Shown here piece after piece: positions 8,854 through 20,800 of a DNA stretch of 64,000 bases. Source of the stretch: a virus; IMG/VR virus record IMGVR_UViG_3300031576_000005, positions 32,001 through 96,000 of that record, one strand, 5' to 3'. Below the pieces are notes generated by a model that made no database searches, was not told the origin of the DNA, and saw only the letters and a list, made by a program, of their open reading frames with translations. The position numbers and the translations under genes were made by a program. Position 1 is the first letter of the stretch. Every line of letters starts with the position of its first letter.

Positions 8854-9528
8854 ATGGGAAGCATCAACACAGTATCAATATCAAGAAAAGCTCGTGCGGC
8901 CTTGGACAAGGGCACAAAAGTAAACGAGATAAAATCTTTATTAAAAGATAAAGCTTTTGTCGCGGCACAACGAATTACGAAAGACCTTCAAGCAGAATTT
9001 AATGAACATGTAGTAACCCAAGAGCTAAAAAATCCTGGAAATAATCAAAGTGATATTCCTGGTTTTCCAAAAAGTAGCCTTGGAGTATATGGAAATTTAG
9101 CATCTTTTCTAGGTCTTCCGCCATCGAAAGTAAGTCGGGAGCTAGAAGTAATGAGAGCGTTATTTTCTTCATTTACAATTAATGTAATAAGAAAACAAAC
9201 CGGGCAATTTGAAGTTAATATTTCTTATCCTCCTTTAAAAACTTTTTATGGAGTCACTCCTCCGCCAGAAGGAGCTTACCCAATATCTTGGCTCCAAGGA
9301 ATAGAAAAGGCGGCTATTCAAAATTTTAGCCAATTTATTTTTAAGAAAAAAGGCAGTTCAAGTTCTAGAAGTGGTAAAGGATTTCAGGTTGATGATAGAA
9401 TTACTTTAAGAAAAACCCCTAGCATGATGCCAGAAATTCCTTATATCAAAGATATATACCAAAGAATATTAGAAGACACGGGCCGAGCTAAGTCAACACT
9501 TGGGAAAATTATAAAAAGCAAATTCTAA
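8854..9528 (+). CDS. putative neck/tail completion protein
   Basis: Basic protein in the neck module. Confidence 0.45.
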   Translation: MGSINTVSISRKARAALDKGTKVNEIKSLLKDKAFVAAQRITKDLQAEFNEHVVTQELKNPGNNQSDIPGFPKSSLGVYGNLASFLGLPPSKVSRELEVMRALFSSFTINVIRKQTGQFEVNISYPPLKTFYGVTPPPEGAYPISWLQGIEKAAIQNFSQFIFKKKGSSSSRSGKGFQVDDRITLRKTPSMMPEIPYIKDIYQRILEDTGRAKSTLGKIIKSKF

Positions 9529-10398
9529 ATGAGAACAAGCTATTGGGAAGACATAAAGCAAAGTTTATATAATTTATATGACCATAAATTATTAGAGCAA
9601 GGCGCTTATGTTAATATAACGGGTGGCCAAAAGGACTTTAAAGGGAGAAATATTTCTAAATTCTATCCAGTTATAGACAATGAATTATATTCTGTTTCTG
9701 GACATATTTGGCAGTCGGCATTTCATAATTTTGTGTATGAAAGTGGTGTTGTTAATAAACCAACCCCGATTGTCGCATCGGGCGTATATGTTAATGGCGT
9801 CTTTACACCAAAAAGCAATTCTTTACATATAGACTATATAAACGGACGAGTAATATTTGATACGGCTATTTCAACCTCAAGTACCGTACAAGGTGATTTT
9901 AGTTATAAGGAATATAGTTTTGTTCGACCTGATAATGATAGAGCATTTAAAAATCAAACTAAATATAGTATTAATTCTAATGTAGATGTTGACCCATTTC
10001 CAGCTATTCCCTATTCTATATATTTACCAGCTATTATTATAGAAATAGAAGGAGCAGATGAAAAGGGGTTCCAATTTGGCGGGACTACAGAAACACTACC
10101 AACCCTTAAATTAACCGTTATTGGCGACCATCAAGGACAGGTCGAAAACATAGCTAGCGTGCTTTCTTCTACCTCTACAAAGGATTTACCAGTAGTTGCG
10201 GCCAACCTGGGGCCAAAGTTTAATTTTTTCTATGATTTAACTGATAATTACTCATTTTATCAATGGTGCAAGCTAAGTGAGAACTTTGCCCTTATAAAAA
10301 GTGTAAAATATACTAGGATTTTTAACTCTACAACAGAAAAAGAGGAACCCTCTCTATTTGGTGGGAGTATAATAATAGAAATTTCAGCAATTAGATAA
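9529..10398 (+). CDS. putative tail terminator protein
   Basis: Directly upstream of tail tube; 'YLPAIIIE' motif. Confidence 0.5.
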   Translation: MRTSYWEDIKQSLYNLYDHKLLEQGAYVNITGGQKDFKGRNISKFYPVIDNELYSVSGHIWQSAFHNFVYESGVVNKPTPIVASGVYVNGVFTPKSNSLHIDYINGRVIFDTAISTSSTVQGDFSYKEYSFVRPDNDRAFKNQTKYSINSNVDVDPFPAIPYSIYLPAIIIEIEGADEKGFQFGGTTETLPTLKLTVIGDHQGQVENIASVLSSTSTKDLPVVAANLGPKFNFFYDLTDNYSFYQWCKLSENFALIKSVKYTRIFNSTTEKEEPSLFGGSIIIEISAIR

Positions 10399-10411
10399 CA
10401 GGAGAACTACC

Positions 10412-11461
10412 ATGGCACGTAATCGTATTATATATCAATCTCAGGGGCTTTTCGTAGGACCAACGGGAGCTTTACCATCTGGAGTATCACTTTCTGGAAT
10501 TCAACGAGTTCAGTCCATTACACATACTGAAACTATTAATCGAACAGATGTTAACCAATTTGGTAAATTAGCTCGTATTGATAGCGTTCAAATTGCTCCG
10601 CCTACTGTTAGTCTAAATTTTGAGTGTTTGCTTGTTAATGCTATTAATGCTAATAGACTTGGTTTTATTACTGATGGTAGCGTGTCTTGTATTTCTAACA
10701 TTTTGTCTGGTGTTACGGATGTTAAAAATTATTACATCGCTCTAGCCGCCGAAGGTTCTGATTTAGTTGGAACAACTGGCGCTGGCGCATTTGGTTTTGG
10801 CAATGGGTTTATCTCAAATGCAACTTACCGTGGTGCTGTTGGTGCTTTGGCTACAGAAGCCTATACTGTTGATGCTTTGAATTATCGTACCTACTTATTA
10901 AGTTCTGGTAATGTTCCAACCGTGGACCAAAGCACAGGATTAAATGTCACGGGCGTTAACTTTATTATTCCTACCGCAACAACTGGTACAACTACTAGCG
11001 TTTCTGCATTACAACCAGGCGATATTTCCTTAGCCTTGACAGATACTCTTGGTTTTGCTTCTGGTAATTTGCATATTCAAAATTTTGAAGTAACCGTTCC
11101 TCTCGCGCGAGAAGATATTAGCCAGCTTGGAACACGTTTTGCATTTGCTAAAGTTATTACATTTCCAGTAAATGTAACGGCAACGTTTAGTTGTGTTGCT
11201 GGTGATATCGCGGCATCAAACCTAGCCGATAAACTTTGTGCAGATAATCCTATTGATTTAACTATTACTCTAAAAAATCCTGATTGTAGTGGGCTTGGTG
11301 CTACAGCTATTAAATTTACCCTTAAAGGGACTAAATTAGATAGCTCAAACTATAATTCTACGATAGGAGCAAATAGTACCGTAGATTTCAACTATAGTAC
11401 ACAAATAGGTGGGCCGGAAGATGTTACAATAGGCCTCTTTGTTTCTGGCGTTTCAGTATAA
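10412..11461 (+). CDS. major tail (tube) protein
   Basis: S/T/G-rich beta protein; SD ACAGGAG; motif AGTGTAAAATA at 10300; followed by a terminator; upstream of chaperones and TMP. Confidence 0.7.
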   Translation: MARNRIIYQSQGLFVGPTGALPSGVSLSGIQRVQSITHTETINRTDVNQFGKLARIDSVQIAPPTVSLNFECLLVNAINANRLGFITDGSVSCISNILSGVTDVKNYYIALAAEGSDLVGTTGAGAFGFGNGFISNATYRGAVGALATEAYTVDALNYRTYLLSSGNVPTVDQSTGLNVTGVNFIIPTATTGTTTSVSALQPGDISLALTDTLGFASGNLHIQNFEVTVPLAREDISQLGTRFAFAKVITFPVNVTATFSCVAGDIAASNLADKLCADNPIDLTITLKNPDCSGLGATAIKFTLKGTKLDSSNYNSTIGANSTVDFNYSTQIGGPEDVTIGLFVSGVSV

Positions 11462-11489
11462 AGCAAAATTAATTCACAAATATAAAAGA

Positions 11490-11520
11490 GACCCTCCAAT
11501 CGAAAGATTGGGGGTTTTTT
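11490..11520 (+). terminator. intrinsic terminator
   Basis: CCTCCAATC-GAAA-GATTGGGGG stem-loop plus T tract. Confidence 0.85.
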
Positions 11521-11525
11521 ATTTG

Positions 11526-11554
11526 TTGAAAATTACAATCAATCATGATATAAT
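11526..11554 (+). promoter_or_regulatory. sigma70-like promoter, leaderless
   Basis: TTGAAA-17-TATAAT with TG; ATG 7 nt after the -10. Confidence 0.75.
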
Positions 11555-11561
11555 ATAAAAC

Positions 11562-12206
11562 ATGAGCGTTATTTTTTTAGATTATTGTAGAGGACATATA
11601 AAGGGAAGAAATCTAATAATGTCATTAGTTAGATGCGATAATTGTTTTAGGGATAGGTTAGTTGAGAAACATAATATATTAAAGAATCATGGCGTTAATC
11701 ATTGTCGTGATTGTTCTAGGATTATTCTTTTTAAATATAGAAATCCATCTACTATTAATCCAAAATTTGGTAAACACAATCCAATGTTTGGTAGGGTGGG
11801 AATAGAACATCCGGGACATCGTTTGAATAGAACTAAAGAAAGTTTAGAGAAAATGGCCAAAAATAGAAGTGGTAGTAAAAATTGGAGATGGGATGAAACT
11901 ATATCCGACCAAGATAGACTTAAAAATAATTACGGAAGAGATAAGAACAAATTAAGGTTTTGGAGAGTGGATGTTTTTATTAAAGATGGTTATACTTGTC
12001 AAATCTCTAACATCAAAGGATGCCGTTTGGTGGCTCATCATATTTTTAACTATAAAGATTATCCCGAAAAAAGATTTGATGTTAATAATGGCATGGCTAT
12101 CGCACGAGAATTACATGAGTTATTTCATATGATTTATGGCAAAAGACACAACAATTTAGAACAATTCCTAGAATTTAAACAATATATCCAAGAAATTTTA
12201 GCATAA
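11562..12206 (+). CDS. HNH endonuclease-like protein (copy 3)
   Basis: CDNC..CRDC finger; 'AHHIFNYKDYPEKRFDVNNG..LHELFH'. Confidence 0.85.
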   Translation: MSVIFLDYCRGHIKGRNLIMSLVRCDNCFRDRLVEKHNILKNHGVNHCRDCSRIILFKYRNPSTINPKFGKHNPMFGRVGIEHPGHRLNRTKESLEKMAKNRSGSKNWRWDETISDQDRLKNNYGRDKNKLRFWRVDVFIKDGYTCQISNIKGCRLVAHHIFNYKDYPEKRFDVNNGMAIARELHELFHMIYGKRHNNLEQFLEFKQYIQEILA

Positions 12207-12209
12207 TAT

Positions 12210-12218
12210 AGTGTAATA
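12210..12218 (+). promoter_or_regulatory. putative late promoter motif
   Basis: AGTGTAATA upstream of 12241. Confidence 0.55.
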
Positions 12219-12240
12219 TATATAAAGGAATAAGGCAATA

Positions 12241-12555
12241 ATGGATAACACATCAGCAAAAATCTTTCTCTCTAAAGATGTACAAGATTCTTTTAAAGAG
12301 ATACAAAAAGCTTTTTTTGGAATCATAGATGATTTACGCGCGAGCGATGCAGACCATTTAGAACATCTTAAAACCATATTACAAGATGATACACTAGCAA
12401 ATACTTTTCAACTCTTTCAAGAAAATCGCAATAAATCTATTAGAAAAAAAGTATTAGATACAATGGGTGATGAGGGAAGAAAATTAGCAACAAAGCTAGA
12501 CGACTATCAAATTAATTTTGCTCAAGATATTGAGATAAAGGCAACAATAAAATAA
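12241..12555 (+). CDS. hypothetical protein (tail module)
   Basis: 104-aa ORF between tail tube and TMP. Confidence 0.55.
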   Translation: MDNTSAKIFLSKDVQDSFKEIQKAFFGIIDDLRASDADHLEHLKTILQDDTLANTFQLFQENRNKSIRKKVLDTMGDEGRKLATKLDDYQINFAQDIEIKATIK

Positions 12556-12567
12556 AGGAAAAGGAAT

Positions 12568-13206
12568 ATGAAAGTAGTACATACATTTAAAATTAAAAAT
12601 GGCGATAAGGAACTAGAATTTAGTTTCATCGAGGCGTCTAAAGGCGTAATCCGTGAAGGAGAGATGGTATACGCAAAAAAATATGCCGAATGCTTGCGAG
12701 CAGGACTTCTGTCAAATGCAGAGGCTTTAAAACTTTCCAATCAAAATGGCGGTGTGTTTACAGACGAGGAAAAAGATGATTACGTAAAATCGCTTGGAGA
12801 ATTTTTATCTAAGGACAAGGAGATGCAAGATTTAAAGGCCAAAAACGAGGATACTAAATTAGTCGAGGAACAAATAAAAGTTATTAAAGATAAAATACTT
12901 TTTTATCAAAACAAAAATGACTCAATTTTTGAATTTTGTTCAGAATCAAAATCTAGAGATGCGGTACTGTTGCACTATGCATTTTCATTAACTATGTTAG
13001 ATGGTAAACCCTATTTCCCCGGTAAAAATCACGCAGAACGAACTAAGTCTTATGATGAAAATTCGGATGCTATTAAAGATGAAATTTTGAAACGTAGTAT
13101 CTGGTATGCTACGGCTTTATTTTATAATATTCAAGATATCGATGCAAAATACCCAGAGGATACTTTGGAGATTGCATCCACCGCTCCAGAAACACAAAAA
13201 GCTTAA
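12568..13206 (+). CDS. putative tail assembly chaperone
   Basis: Helical charged protein between tube and TMP; AAGGA SD. Confidence 0.5.
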   Translation: MKVVHTFKIKNGDKELEFSFIEASKGVIREGEMVYAKKYAECLRAGLLSNAEALKLSNQNGGVFTDEEKDDYVKSLGEFLSKDKEMQDLKAKNEDTKLVEEQIKVIKDKILFYQNKNDSIFEFCSESKSRDAVLLHYAFSLTMLDGKPYFPGKNHAERTKSYDENSDAIKDEILKRSIWYATALFYNIQDIDAKYPEDTLEIASTAPETQKA

Positions 13207-13230
13207 TTTTATTTAAGTTAGAAACTGGAG

Positions 13231-13260
13231 AAAAACCCCCGCGATAGGGGGTTTTATTTT
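13231..13260 (+). terminator. intrinsic terminator
   Basis: AAAACCCCC-gcgata-GGGGGTTTT plus T tract. Confidence 0.75.
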
Positions 13261-13263
13261 TAT

Positions 13264-13878
13264 ATGTCAATTATTATTGAAAAATATGAGAAAAGAGTAT
13301 CTAGTAAGAGAGAGGTATGGTTTTCTTTAGTTGAGTGTGAACACCCTTTGCACGTAGGAGAGAGGAAAAGAATAATAAGAAAAGATAATGCTTTAAAATG
13401 CGGCGGGATTAAATACTGTGGTTCTTGTAGTCGGGGTGGAGAAAAACATCCGTGTTTCGGTAAACATCTTTCTAAAGAAATGCGTGAAAAATTAAGTTTA
13501 GCGAATAGTGGGGAAAAAAATTGTCATTATGGAAAGCGTGGCAAAGAAACGTCTCGATGGCGAGACGATTTAACGCAAGAAGAACGGGAATTAAACAAGG
13601 ATAGAAGTTATAATCCTAAAAATCGTGAGTGGCGAGAAATGGTTTTTAAGCGGGATAATTGGAGATGTCTTTTCTCCGGACGAAAAGGCGTTAAACTTGA
13701 AGCTCATCATCTATATAACTGGGCGGATTATCCAGAAAAAAGATTCGATATAAAGAATGGTATCACATTATGTAAGGAGATACATAAATTATTCCATAAA
13801 AGATACAGATATCGCAACAACACACCCGAACAATTCGAAGAATTTAAATTATGGTATACATATGATTACCAAATCTAG
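13264..13878 (+). CDS. NUMOD3/HNH endonuclease-like protein (copy 4)
   Basis: 'CEHPLHVGE' N-terminus as in copy 1; 'AHHLYNWADYPEKRFDIKNGITLCKEIHKLFH'. Confidence 0.85.
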   Translation: MSIIIEKYEKRVSSKREVWFSLVECEHPLHVGERKRIIRKDNALKCGGIKYCGSCSRGGEKHPCFGKHLSKEMREKLSLANSGEKNCHYGKRGKETSRWRDDLTQEERELNKDRSYNPKNREWREMVFKRDNWRCLFSGRKGVKLEAHHLYNWADYPEKRFDIKNGITLCKEIHKLFHKRYRYRNNTPEQFEEFKLWYTYDYQI

Positions 13879-13881
13879 TAT

Positions 13882-14805
13882 ATGGAATATAACGCCGAAG
13901 TTATAGATTTTACCTATAATAACATCCTTAACAACTTCACCCCTTTTGTCCTTGACGGAGTCTTGTATCTCGGTAAACATGTCTCTTCCGCCGATTTATT
14001 TTCTGCTAATTCGCATCTTCTATTGATAAAAAAAAATCTACAGTCTAATGGAGTTTTAAGCGAGTATGACATCATGAAAGATGCCATAGAAAAAGGTGTC
14101 TGGAGTCATGCTAAGAATCTAGAAATTCAAAATCTTAGAAATGATATTAAAAGAAAAGCTGAGGTTGTACCAAAATTAGTTCTTCCTAGTCAAAAAAAGC
14201 AGGTCGAGGCTGAGATTAAAATATTATCTAAAAAAATTTCTGATATAGAAAATGAAAAATCGGGATTTCTTACCCATTCCTTAGAAAGACAGTTACAATC
14301 AGAAAAATTAGATTATATTTGTTTTTTATCTATATATAAAGAAAATAAAGAAAGATTATGGCGTTCTTATGAAGATTTCTTAAATGAATCAACTGATTTT
14401 TCAAATAAGATTACCAAATTATATTTCTCTGTAATAAATGAAATGTCTAACTCTCTTATTCGGGCTATAGCCAGAGTTACTGATGCTCGATATAAATTAA
14501 AGATAGCTGGTACCAAATCTCCCGAAGATATTTCTATAGTTTTTCTAGAACTCCGTCAATGGTGTGACTTTTATAACTCTATTTATGAGTTAGATGACCG
14601 ACCCGCCCCTAATATTATCGAAGACGACATTAAACTAGATGGTTGGCTTTCAGCTAGGAAAGCTAAAAACGATATTATGAAAAGTGTAAATACCAGTGAA
14701 GGTGCGACTTCTTTTGGTGGTATTGTAGGTACAAAAGAAGATGTAGAAGCCTTTGGCGGGGTTTCTAGAGACCAGATTATAAGTTTAGCAAAGGAACAAG
14801 GATAA
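13882..14805 (+). CDS. putative tail assembly chaperone
   Basis: Immediately upstream of TMP; coiled coil. Confidence 0.5.
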   Translation: MEYNAEVIDFTYNNILNNFTPFVLDGVLYLGKHVSSADLFSANSHLLLIKKNLQSNGVLSEYDIMKDAIEKGVWSHAKNLEIQNLRNDIKRKAEVVPKLVLPSQKKQVEAEIKILSKKISDIENEKSGFLTHSLERQLQSEKLDYICFLSIYKENKERLWRSYEDFLNESTDFSNKITKLYFSVINEMSNSLIRAIARVTDARYKLKIAGTKSPEDISIVFLELRQWCDFYNSIYELDDRPAPNIIEDDIKLDGWLSARKAKNDIMKSVNTSEGATSFGGIVGTKEDVEAFGGVSRDQIISLAKEQG

Positions 14806-14806
14806 T

Positions 14807-17800
14807 ATGGCAGAAGGAGATTTAAGGTTATCGGTCGTTTATGATGTAAATGATTCAGACCTCCAACGGAAGGTCGCCCAATCTCGCGCCCTTGCCGAAA
14901 GAACTTTTGGTTCACTTAAGGTTGGTTCCCCTAATTTAACAGATTTTAATCGTGGTATCTCTAACGCAAGAGGTAACTTTAATCAGCTCACCGAAGCCTC
15001 AGATGACTTCGGAGACAGCTTAGAACGTGGTTTACGTCGTATTACAGCCCTTTCCATAGCGAGTGCCGCTCTCTTTGGTATTGCGAGAGCTTTTACAGCG
15101 TCTATCACCGCCGCCAAAGAATTAGAGAAGAATTTACAGAATATTAATGTTATTTTGAATTTGCCAAGCGACCAATTAGCCAAATTTGGTAATGATTTAT
15201 TTAATGTTGCTAGAAATACCAAACAATCTTTTGAAGACGTGGCTAAAGCCGCAACAGAATTTTCTCGCCAGGGTTTGGGAGTAGAGGAAACATTAAAACG
15301 TACTCAAGCCGCCCTTATTCTTGTTAATTTGGCTGGCGTTAGCGCGACCCAGGGTACGGAAGCTATTACCGCCGCCATTAACTCCTTTTCTAAAGAAAGT
15401 CTTTCGGCTATTGATATTGTTAATAAGTTAGTTGCTGTTGATGCTAAGTTTGCAGTAAGTTCAGCGGATTTGGCCGAAGCTATTACTCGCGTAGGTTCAA
15501 CGGCTCAAGATGCTGGTGTTGATTTTAATCGTTTGCTCTCGATTGTAACGTCTACACAACAAATTACTCAACGTGGTGGCGCTGTTATTGGTAACGCATT
15601 AAAAACAATCTTTCAAAGAATTCAAAGACCCGAAGTTCTCGAACAATTAGAGCGATTAGGTATTCAAGTTAGAGAAACCGATAGAGTTACAGGGCAATAT
15701 ACCGGAAATCTTTTGTCTGCCGATAAAGTATTAAGACAACTTGGTGTCACTTTTAAGGATTTAAATCAAGAACAAAGGGCACAAGTATCAGAACTAGTTG
15801 GTGGTGTCCTTCAAGGCAACATTTTAAGAGGTGTTTTAAATGGACTCGCTTTTGACCAAGCAGCCTACGAGACAGCATTAAAATCAACCGACGAGGCCAT
15901 TCGACGAAATGCTCTTTTATTAGAAACTCAAGACGCAAAACTCAAACAAGTAGGAACTAGCCTCCAACAACTTGGCGCTAACGTAGGTAAAGTTGGTCTT
16001 GGTGATTTTATCAATGATTTATTAGGTGGTTTAACAACTCAAACAGGTGGAATAACCTCAAATTTACTTGGGGGATTATTAAAGAATTTGTCTGGCCAGG
16101 GTAGTGAAATTGGCAATGAATTTGGCAAAGTATTTATTAAGGGTTTTTCTGATATTTTACTTGGACCTGGCTTACTTACTGTTGGCATTATTGGAATTAG
16201 AATAGTCCAACAACTAAAGAAGTTTACAGAAAAAAGCCTTGGCGGGCTTTCTCCCTTTAGTGAAAAAGATGCTGCCATCCAGCAACAAATTGGTAAATTT
16301 ATCGGTGACCAATTTCAAAAAATCCAGGCTATTAACGCATCTACCGCTGATAAGATTACTAAAGAAGAACAAATACTTAATCTATTTAGGGCACAGAATG
16401 TTCAACTAGCAGAACAGAATGCTTTAGCAGCCTCTACAGCCGCGATATTAACAAAAGGAGGCGTTGGTAGAACTATCGTCAGGTCTACTGGTGGACCAAA
16501 AATTCGTAATGCCGCAGATGGCGTTACAGAAGCTTTTGTAAGAGAAAATAATGCAATTTCAAAAGGTGTCGGTGGTGCGACATCAAGTGCTAAGCCAGTT
16601 TTTTTACCCAATTTTAAATTTAATGCAGGAATGGGTATTGTTGCGAATACTGATGAATTTTTAGTGCCAAATCACGCGGGGTCTGGAATGCCAGCCATAT
16701 TTAATAAGGATATGGTTCGGAAGTTTGGACTTCCAAACGGCGCGAGAAGAATAAGCGCTGCGGAAGGAGTTGCGGCACCCCCACCGGAACTAACTGGATT
16801 ATTCACTCCAGAAGGCGGGGCATTTCTTAATGTTAGAGCCTCAACAACCGCTGGTTTTGCTCTAAGAGCTTTAATAGGTCAAAAAATAGAAAACATTACT
16901 CCCGAAAATAATCCATTCGAAGGCACTCTTCAAGATGTATTAAAAAGAAACAAAAAAATAATAAGAGAAATTCTTAAAGAAAAGAAATCCTTATTTTCTT
17001 TTGTTCGTGGTAAACCCCGTATGATACGTGGCTTAGCTTCTGGTTTTATCCCTAATTTTCCAACCGGTTTGGAAGGATTAACTGGCTTATTTACTCCAGA
17101 ACCAACTGATTTTGGTGGGAAGATTGGTTTGGGAAATATTAGGGACAAAAGAATATTGGCTACCCCATTAAGAAAAATATTAAGAGAAAGAGGGGTTAAA
17201 GACCCATTTGAAGGTAGTATTCAAGATGTTTTAAAAAGAAATAAACCCATCGCTAGACAATTATTAAGAGAGGGAAAGGGTTTATTTTCTCTTGTCCGTG
17301 GAAGACCTCAAATTATACAAGATTTAGCGCATGGATATATTCCAAATACGGCGGATGGTTTTCCTCTTACAAAAGAGCAAATCGCACAATTGGATGCTCT
17401 TTTAAAACAAGTTCAACAGAAAGGGACACAAGGACAAACATTCACAGGCTCACAACAAATAATTCCACGAACCGTTACATTACAAAGTAAGCCGGTCGGC
17501 GGTCCTATAAAACCCTTAACTCCCGCAACGGTACAAATTCCTACAATAGCAAGCGTCAAACAACAACAATTTGGACCACAAGGAATTACGTTAGGAAGTT
17601 TGCCAAATCAACCATCTGGATTACCACTACCCAACCTACCACAATTATCACAAATACGTGCTACCAGCAAGGAAGTATTATCTGGAACAGGGCTGGCTAC
17701 AGTCAAAAAAGCGACTAAAGCCTTTGGTGAAGTCGGCGATGTAAGTCAAGAATTAAAAAGAACGATTGAACTCCAGACAAGAACAATCCATAATAGTATA

Positions 17801-20800
17801 GATGTTTTAAATAGCAGTAATACTTCCGAAAAACAAAAAGCCGCCGCTACAAGAGTTTTGACGCGCACTACAACATCGCTTAAAGAAAACATCTCAAAAA
17901 CAAAAACAATTGGCGGCACAGAATCTTTTCAACAATTAATAAGCTCTCGTTCCACCGCTCCAGTAGAGAAAGAATCTTTAAAAGGGGTTGAAAATGCGTT
18001 AATTTCTAATACCAATGCTCAAAAACTTCAGGCTAGTATACAGAGAAGCAGAGACGTTAAAGAAATAACCGCCACTAGAATTGATGAAATCAATGCAACT
18101 CTAGCAAGAAATGCCGAAGCTAGAAATTTAGGGAGAACTCCCTCTAATTTTGCTAAAACAATTGAGACCGCAGTAAATAATCCTATTTTACGTTTAGAAA
18201 AAGCTTTAATTAGTAAAGGTCTAACTCTTTCTCCATCAACTATAAGTAAATTTGGTGGGGCTGGGACAGCCTTAGCATTTGCCGCTCCTTTTGCAATTGA
18301 AGGGGCTGGTGCTTTGCTTACATCGGGTGAGCGAGACCAAGTGACACGAGAAAGAAAACAAAGAGGTTTTAGTACTGCCGCGACAGCCGCATCTACAGCG
18401 GGTCTATTAGCAAGCGTTGCTCCCGCATTAGGCCCAATCGGTGGAACCGTCGCATTGGGAGCCGCTGGTATTGTTGCGGCTGGTGGAGCACTTAAAGGTT
18501 TTTTTGAAGGGACTACCGATAGTGCCGAAGACACCGCTAAAAGAGTAAACAATCTAGCGAGCGAAACACAACAACGAATTCAAGCGGCACAAAGTTCTTT
18601 GGGTGGACTAGCAAGAATTCAACAATTAAGAGAAGAAAAAGCGAGACCAGAAGATATTACGGGATTTATCAAAGAAGCTTTACGAGCGGCTCAAACTATA
18701 GAAAGCCCAGGAGTTCGGGGTCAAGTAAAAAATTTATTGTTACAGCCAAGCTTTGCACAAGCCGATTTAGATAAATTAAATACAAGCATACAAAAATTTA
18801 GCGAATCAGAACAAAGAAAATTAGTAACAAGCGCACCTAATGTTACAGATGTTTTTAATAAAGTTTTTGACGAACTAAAAACAACTAGAACGTTTTTGCC
18901 TCGGCTTGGAAAAACCGTTGAAGCCAGAGAGGGTTTAAATCAAGCCACCGTTAATGCGCTTACAGAAATAGCTCAAGCGAATTTAGAGAGAGGAACTCCG
19001 GAAGAAACAGCTAAAGCAATTGGAGGCCAGATAGCAAAAATTCAAGGTGTTTCTCCTCAAATTAGTAAACTTTTAAGCGGCGCTCAAATTGGACAATTTC
19101 AAGCATTAGGTGGGCCGGCAGATGAATTTGTTATTCAGGCCAACGAACAACAACAACAATTAAGAGAAGATATCATAAGCGCCCTTTCTCAAGGATTGAC
19201 GAAAGGCCAAGTTCAAGGGGCGCAAAAGGGATTCGATATTATACGAACTTCACAAGATATTCAGGAAGTTAATGATGCTATTTTCAATGTTGGAGAAGTT
19301 GCTAAAGCTACAGTTCCAGGACTTCAAAATGCGGCTGAAGCCAACTTAAAGCTTAAGAAATCTCAACAAGAATATGTTAAATCTATCGATTTGGGAAACG
19401 TAATTCTGGAAAGAAGCACAAAACTTCAATTAGAAAATTTAAAAGCTCGTGGCCAGTTTGATGTATCTAGAGTTCAGGCATTATCAGCACAACAAGGAGT
19501 CATACAATTAAGAAGACAGGCTGGTGCTGGCGAAAGCGAACTACAAAATAGAGCACTTCAAGACGCAATAAAAAATTTACCAATCGATATAGCTCAAGAA
19601 CAAAAAGAGGCCGCTCAATCTCAAGCCGCTTCGTTCGCCAAATTTGCAGACTCTCAATCCACTCTTACAACCTTTAAAACAAAATTAAACGACCCAAATG
19701 CTGAAAAACTTCTAAAAATTATAAAGAGTCTTAACGGCGCCAACAACCTTGATGAAACAAGCGCGACAATTCAAAGTCTTATTAAAGAACTTACTGTTTT
19801 AGCTGGAAAAAGTGGTATTACAGATAATGAGTTAGCTGATTTAACCAAAGGATTGGGCAAGTTTAATTCGGACGTTGAACTCATCAATGAAACACTTAAA
19901 AACAACGCCGCGCTACAAGGAGCAAAACTTCAGGCTGAACAAGAACAAGGGGTTAACGCTCGATTGTCTTTTCTGTCTCCTGAGTTCGCTAATATTGCTA
20001 AACTTCAAAGTCAAGCTCGATTTGTTGGAGGTCAACCTGCGTTTGGTCCAGAAGAAAGAGGCCAAAGGTCTCAGGAAACATTGGGAATATTGAATGCCGT
20101 TAGTGAGTTGGCTGCAAAAACTAAAGTTGAAACTCCAGGAGTAGCTAAAGCTATAGAAGAAGTAACCAAACAAGGAAGGGCAATAGATGTTGAATTAGTG
20201 GATAAACTTATAACACAGATTTCTACGGGTGGGGCATTTCAAGGTTCTGAAGAAGCTCTTAAAACTTTAAGAGAGATTAGAGACGCTCAACTCAATCAAC
20301 AAAAAATACAAAATAATTTACCACAAGTTGAACAAATTCAAGCGGCTGGAAAAGCTAGAGGAATAGATATTTCGGTAGAGGATGCTATTAAATTATTAGA
20401 TGCAAAAACTCAAGAGCTTGAATCCGCTGCAACGAAAGCATTATCCGAACGACTTAATGTGCAACGTGGCGGAGAAATTAATTTTAGCACACCAACACCA
20501 ACCGAACTTGCCATAGAAGATATTAAAAAATTAGACATATTTAAACCATTCACTACGGCCACAGAGCTAGTTTCAAAAACAGCCGAAGATTTTAATACCG
20601 GAAGATTTGTAGAATCTGTAGATAGACTTAGTGTTTTAGCAACAGATGGTATTCCCCTTACTATTAAAGGTGAAAAAATTGAAATAGGTTCTAATTTTGC
20701 GATTAAAGTCGAAGGAAGTGATGAATTATCAAAAACCGTGGCTGAAATAGTTAATAATACTGTAATAGATGCTTTGGGCGCATCCGATATTAATCAAAAG

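Noticed and set aside
13190-13900. Programmed -1 frameshift between tail chaperones (G/GT type)
   Set aside because: No in-frame slippery heptamer at the end of 12568..13206, and a terminator plus an HNH gene intervene.
14583-20173. Antisense and alternative-frame ORFs from the track (e.g. 18028..18552 -, and similar ones elsewhere such as 36486..36881 -)
   Set aside because: They are shadows of long sense genes with biased codon usage, with no motifs or start signals.
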